From Macrostomum lignano (Eukaryota): a DNA stretch of 54,367 bases. The stretch lies in the NCBI GenBank assembly GCA_002269645.1, contig NIVC01000564.1, forward strand, positions 1 to 54,367. The letters run 5' to 3'. Of the stretch, positions 48,966 through 54,367 are shown in pieces (within the stretch, counting starts at the first letter, position 1; the number at the start of each line of letters is the position of its first letter). Position numbers and translations under genes: made by a program. The notes beneath the pieces are model-generated. The model saw only the letters and a list, made by a program, of their open reading frames with translations. It was not told where the DNA came from and did no database searches.

Positions 48966-50762
48966 AGATAGCACTGTACTGATAGGATAGCAGCTTGTGT
49001 CACACAGTGTCAGCAGCACTGTACTGATATAGGATAGCAGCTTGTGTCACAGTGTCAGCAGCACTGTACTGATATAGGATAGCAGCTTGTGTCACACAGT
49101 GTCAGCAGCACTGTACTGATATAGGATAGCAGCTTGAGTCACAGTGTCAGCAGCACTGTACTGATAGGATAGCAGCTTGTGTCACACAGTGTCAGCAGCA
49201 CTGTACTGATATAGGATAGCAGCTTGTGTCACACAGTGTCAGCAGCACTGTACTGATATAGGATAGCAGCTTGTGTCACACAGTGTCAGCAGCACTGCAC
49301 TGATATAGGATAGCAGCTTGTGTCACACAGTGTCAGCAGCACTGTACTGATATAGGATAGCAGCTTGTGTCACACAGTGTCAGCAGCACTGTGCTGATAT
49401 AGGATAGCAGCTTGTGTCACACAGTGTCAGCAGCACTGTACTGATATAGGATAGCAGCTTGTGTCACACAGTGTCAGCAGCACTGTACTGATATAGGATA
49501 GCAGCTTGTGTCACACAGTGTCAGCAGCACTGTGCTGATATAGGATAGCAGCTTGTGTCACACAGTGTCAGCAGCACTGTACTGATATAGGATAGCAGCT
49601 TGTGTCACACAGTGTCAGCAGCACTGTACTGATATAGGATAGCAGCTTGTGTCACAGTGTCAGCAGCACTGTGCTGATATAGGATAGCAGCTTGTGTCAC
49701 AGTGTCAGCAGTACTGTGCTGATATAGGATAGCAGCTTGTGTCACAGTGTCAGCAGCACTGTGCTGATATAGGATAGCAGCTTGTGTCACAGTGTCAGCA
49801 GCACTGTGCTGATATAGGATAGCAGCTTGTGTCACAGTGTCAGCAGCACTGTGCTGATATAGGATAGCAGCTTGTGTCACACAGTGTCAGCAGCACTGTA
49901 CTTATATAGTATAGCAGCTTGTGTCACACAGTGTCAGCAGCACTGTGCTGATATAGGATAGCAGCTTGTGTCACAGTGTCAGCAGCACTGTGCTGATATA
50001 GGATAGCAGCTTGTGTCACACAGTGTCAGCAGCACTGTACTTATATAGTATAGCAGCTTGTGTCACACAGTGTCAGCAGCACTGTACTGATATAGGATAG
50101 CAGCTTGTGTCACAGTGTCAGCAGCACTGTACTGATATAGGATAGCAGCTTGTGTCACAGTGTCAGCAGCACTGTACTGATATAGGATAGCAGCTTGTGT
50201 CACAGTGTCAGCAGCACTGTACTGATATAGGATAGCAGCTTGTGTCACAGTGTCAGCAGCACTGTACTGATATAGGATATCAGCTTGTGTCACACAGTGT
50301 CAGCAGCACTGTACTGATATAGGATAGCAGCTTGTGTCACAGTGTCAGCAGCACTGTACTGATATAGGATAGCAGCTTGTGTCACAGTGTCAGCAGCACT
50401 GTACTGATATAGGATAGCAGCTTGTGTCACAGTGTCAGCAGCACTGTACTGATAGGATAGCAGCTTGTGTCACAGTGTCAGCAGCACTGTACTGATATAG
50501 GATATCAGCTTGTGTCACACAGTGTCAGCAGCACTGTACTGATATAGGATAGCAGCTTGTGTCACAGTGTCAGCAGCACTGTACTGATATAGGATAGCAG
50601 CTTGTGTCACAGTGTCAGCAGCACTGTACTGATATAGGATAGCAGCTTGTGTCACAGTGTCAGCAGCACTGTACTGATATAGGATAGCAGCTTGTGTCAC
50701 AGTGTCAGCAGCACTGTACTGATATAGGATATCAGCTTGTGTCACACAGTGTCAGCAGCACC
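48966..50762. repeat. 45/47-bp minisatellite, ~39 copies
   Basis: Unit cagcagcactgtactgatataggatagcagcttgtgtcac(ac)agtgt. Confidence 0.98.
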
Positions 50763-50843
50763 TTACTGACAGGTGGTCTATATCTATTTATAGAAACACC
50801 AGTACTTGAAACCGTGTTTCCCAACTTTTTCACCGTTTGACAG

Positions 50844-50877
50844 CTTTCAGAGCCTGATGGACAAAATCCATAGCTAG
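50844..50877 (+). CDS. RILPL1: RILP-like probable terminal coding exon ((F)FQSLMDKIHS*)
   Basis: Acceptor tttgacag, phase 2; gives GIKQFF, matching the GI(K/R)xxF motif of the family; AATAAA at 51147. Joined CDS is 1296 nt (431 aa). Confidence 0.75.
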
Positions 50878-51811
50878 ATTCTTTCGGATATTAATCTTTC
50901 AAAATTTCTTTCTTTCTCGTGTCGCATCTTGATTATTCTCATCCGCCTTGGTCTATGGACCTGATTGAGTTGGCTCTGGATTAAAAAAATATCTGATAAC
51001 CTTATCTCATTCGTCAACACGCAAGGTAAATAGCTTATTTCATGTAGTGCACTGGATGTTGTCTTGAAAAGCTGATGCATTGCTGCTGCTGTTGTGTGTA
51101 TTTTTTTCTAGAGTCTTGCTGTTGTCTTTTCATTTCCTGGCACGAGAATAAATGATTTTAAAAGCGAACTATGAGAACACCAAGTACTACATTTTATTAA
51201 TACTAGAGAGTAGGTTAGTACTTTTGCTGGCGCATGCCCCTCGATATTGTATAGGAGTTCTCTGTTGTTTTGCTTCCTAAACGTGCCGCACTGGCCAAGG
51301 GTAGAAGGGGTGGTGTAAACACCGCCTCAAATCGCACCCCACCCCAACCCACCCTGAGCACGGTCTAACTGCGTGACATTTCCTTATTTTTTTTTCTTTC
51401 TAACTATAGCTATATCTTATGATCATTCGCTGACTGAGTGATCAGCTGACTTTGAAAGTCTTTTTCTTTCTGTCTATAATACGCCGAGTTTTTCAGGCCG
51501 TTCTTCCTGTTTCTATTGGTAATAAGAGTATAAGCATTTTAACACACGATGGATACATGAACGTTCGTAAGTATTTTTGAGATATGATTTTTTTCATTTT
51601 TGATTGATCAAGAGTCAGTTGGAAGAGACATCGGTACTAGAGAGCCAGAGATTCAGACAGAGTTTTTAGAGTTAGATATGTGGGCATATATGGTGTGAAA
51701 TAGATATTAATATATGATGATTCGAATATAATAAAGCAGTGATAGAGTTAGAGATACAGATAGAAACAGGCCATTGTGACAGATTGAGACAGAGATAGAG
51801 ATGCAGAAAGT

Positions 51812-53330
51812 CAGACACAGACAGATAGAGAAGTCACAGACAGATAGAGAAGTCACAGACAGATAGAGAAGTCACAGACAGATAGAGAAGACACAGACAG
51901 ATAGAGAAGTCACAGACAGATAGAGAAGACACAGACAGATAGAGAAGACACAGACAGATAGAGAAGACACAGACAGATAGAGAAGACACAGACAGATAGA
52001 GAAGACAGACATATAGAGTCGACAGACAGATAGAGAAGACACAGACAGATAGAGAAGACACAGACAGATAGAGAAGACACAGACAGACAGAGAAGACACA
52101 GACAGACAGAGAAGACACAGACAGATAGAGAGGACACAGACAGATAGAGAAGACAGACATATAGAGTCGACAGACAGATAGAGAAGACACAGACAGAGAA
52201 GACACAGACAGATAGAGAAGACACAGACAGATAGAGTCGACAGACAGATAGAGAAGACACAGACAGATAGAGAAGACAGACAGATAGAGAAGACACAGAC
52301 AGATAGAGAAGACACAGACAGATAGAGAAGACAGACAGATAGAGAAGACACAGACAGATAGAGAAGACACAGACAGATAGAGAAGACACAGACAGATAGA
52401 GAAGACAGACATATAGAGTCGACAGACAGATAGAGAAGACACAGACAGATAGAGAAGACACAGACAGATAGAGAAGACACAGACAGACAGAGAAGACACA
52501 GACAGACAGAGAAGACACAGACAGATAGAGAGGACACAGACAGATAGAGAAGACAGACATATAGAGTCGACAGACAGATAGAGAAGACACAGACAGAGAA
52601 GACACAGACAGATAGAGAAGACACAGACAGATAGAGTCGACAGACAGATAGAGAAGACACAGACAGATAGAGAAGACAGACAGATAGAGAAGACACAGAC
52701 AGATAGAGAAGACACAGACAGATAGAGAAGACAGACAGATAGAGAAGACACAGACAGATAGAGAAGACACAGACAGATAGAGTCGACAGACAGATAGAGA
52801 AGACACAGACAGATAGAGAAGATACAGACAGATAGAGAAGACACAGGCAGATAGAGAAGACACAGACAGATAGAGTCGACAGACAGATAGAGAAGACACA
52901 GACAGATAGAGAGGACACAGACAGATAGAGAAGACAGACATATAGAGAAAACACAGACAGATAGAGAGGACACAGACAGATAGAGAAGACAGACATATAG
53001 AGAAAACACAGACAGATAGAGAAAACACAGACAGATAGAATCGACAGACAGACAGAGAAGACACAGACAGATAGAGAAGACACAGACAGATAGAGAAGAC
53101 ACAGACAGATAGAGTCGACAGACAGATAGAGAAGACACAGGCAGACAGAGAAGACACAGGCAGACAGAGAAGACACAGACAGACAGAGAAGACACAGACA
53201 GACAGAGAAGACACAGGCAGACAGAGAAGACACAGACAGACAGAGAAGACACAGGCAGACAGAGGAGACACAGGCAGACAGAAGACACAGGCAGAAATAG
53301 AGAATAAACAGAGACAGAGACAGACACAGA
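51812..53330. repeat. ~20-bp purine-rich minisatellite with higher-order duplication
   Basis: Unit agacacagacagatagagaa; variant pattern repeats at 52011 and 52411. Confidence 0.97.
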
Positions 53331-54137
53331 TGAAGACACGTTAAGCGATCATAATTTTGAGTAATAATAATTTATTAAGAAGATTAAGAGGCAGCTCAGT
53401 GAGCTGAGAGGCCAGGTCAGAATTGGCAGGCATAAGCTACTCAGTCCCTAACCGCAGTTAATGGCCACTGATGGAGAGAGCCAAGAAGTGTAGATTTTGA
53501 CAGGCCATGAGCCTCTGTCGGTCTGCTTTCGCGACGACAGCCCAGATCTATTAATGGTGACGCGAGCAGCGCAGCTATAATTGCTCTGCTCTTTCCCCCA
53601 TACCAGGACCGTCTCCCATGGCTTGGCTCTCCCCGTTTTCCAATTTCTGCTGAATCATTCTCGCTCTGTCTGCCTGACCCTGCCAACTCCAGCCCCCCTG
53701 CTGGCTCTTGAATGCGCCGTTTTCTCTTCCCACTTTAGCTGAACTCGCGCCCCGCAGCTGTCTCGCTGTGAGCACCGTGCCAGTGACCTGCCCGTACACC
53801 CAGTACCTTACTCAAACCCCCCTCTATCAGGCTTGGATTGGCCTTGAATGTTAATCACCATTTTTATTCATATTTTCTATCTATTAGCTCTAATTGTTCG
53901 TTCGTGTGTTGACCCATTGTTAGAGAACCTTTGCTAGTATAATAGTAACACGTTGTGTATTTTTGTGTGAATAGAAATTTATGCTACTAATAGTAGGGTT
54001 AGTAGCAATATTAAAAATGTATTTTTTTAACAGAAGTTTATTAAAACTTTAGTATAAGTTGGTAAAATATTAGCAGAATAGAATAAAGTGAGAAGACAGG
54101 AGAGTGCGTCCGATTATAATAATATCGAATATTTAAG

Positions 54138-54367
54138 TAGAGCATCACAGAGTGCTTGACTAGAGCAGCATAGAGTGCTTGACTAGAGCAGCATAGAGTG
54201 CTTGACTAGAGCAGCATAGAGTGCTTGACTAGAGCAGCATAGAGTGCTTGACTAGAGCAGCATAGAGTGCTTGACTAGAGCAGCATAGAGTGCTTGACTA
54301 GAGCAGCATAGAGTGCTTGACTAGAGCAGCCATAGAGTGCTTGACTAGAGCAGCATAGAGTGCTGTA
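54138..54367. repeat. 23-bp minisatellite running off the window end
   Basis: Unit agagtgcttgactagagcagcat. Confidence 0.95.

Noticed and set aside
53400-53830. GC-richer unique block with short ORFs near the window end
   Set aside because: No recognisable domain or consistent splice structure, so it cannot be assigned.

Overview
Eukaryotic (metazoan) genomic DNA with GC-rich, polyQ/polyA-rich exons and introns packed with minisatellites. The style suggests a Macrostomum-like flatworm, which is an inference only. Left to right: (1) a ~3.7 kb P-superfamily (THAP) DNA transposon with terminal and subterminal inverted repeats, whose transposase is broken by three 1-bp deletions; (2) a TALE homeobox gene of the PREP/PKNOX class (+, exons 9594-10033, 10965-11506, 23782-24496, probable last exon 25204-25289; 5' exon unresolved); (3) an EB1/MAPRE gene (-, 3 coding exons) whose second intron holds a foldback MITE into which a defective Ty3/Gypsy element has inserted; (4) a 6-exon RILP-like gene (+) head-to-head with EB1; (5) about 20 tandem arrays and a tRNA-derived CORE-like SINE. 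Main oddities: the Gypsy has TSDs on both sides but only one LTR; the P-element ends have asymmetric 11/21-bp spacers; the EB1 EEY tail is one base out of frame; six PBX-PREP-type TGATTGAC sites cluster in the prep locus; and intronic arrays are rich in HSE-like and E2F-like motifs. No bacterial-type systems or CRISPR arrays are present. Exon calls come from reading splice sites and motifs by eye, with no database search.
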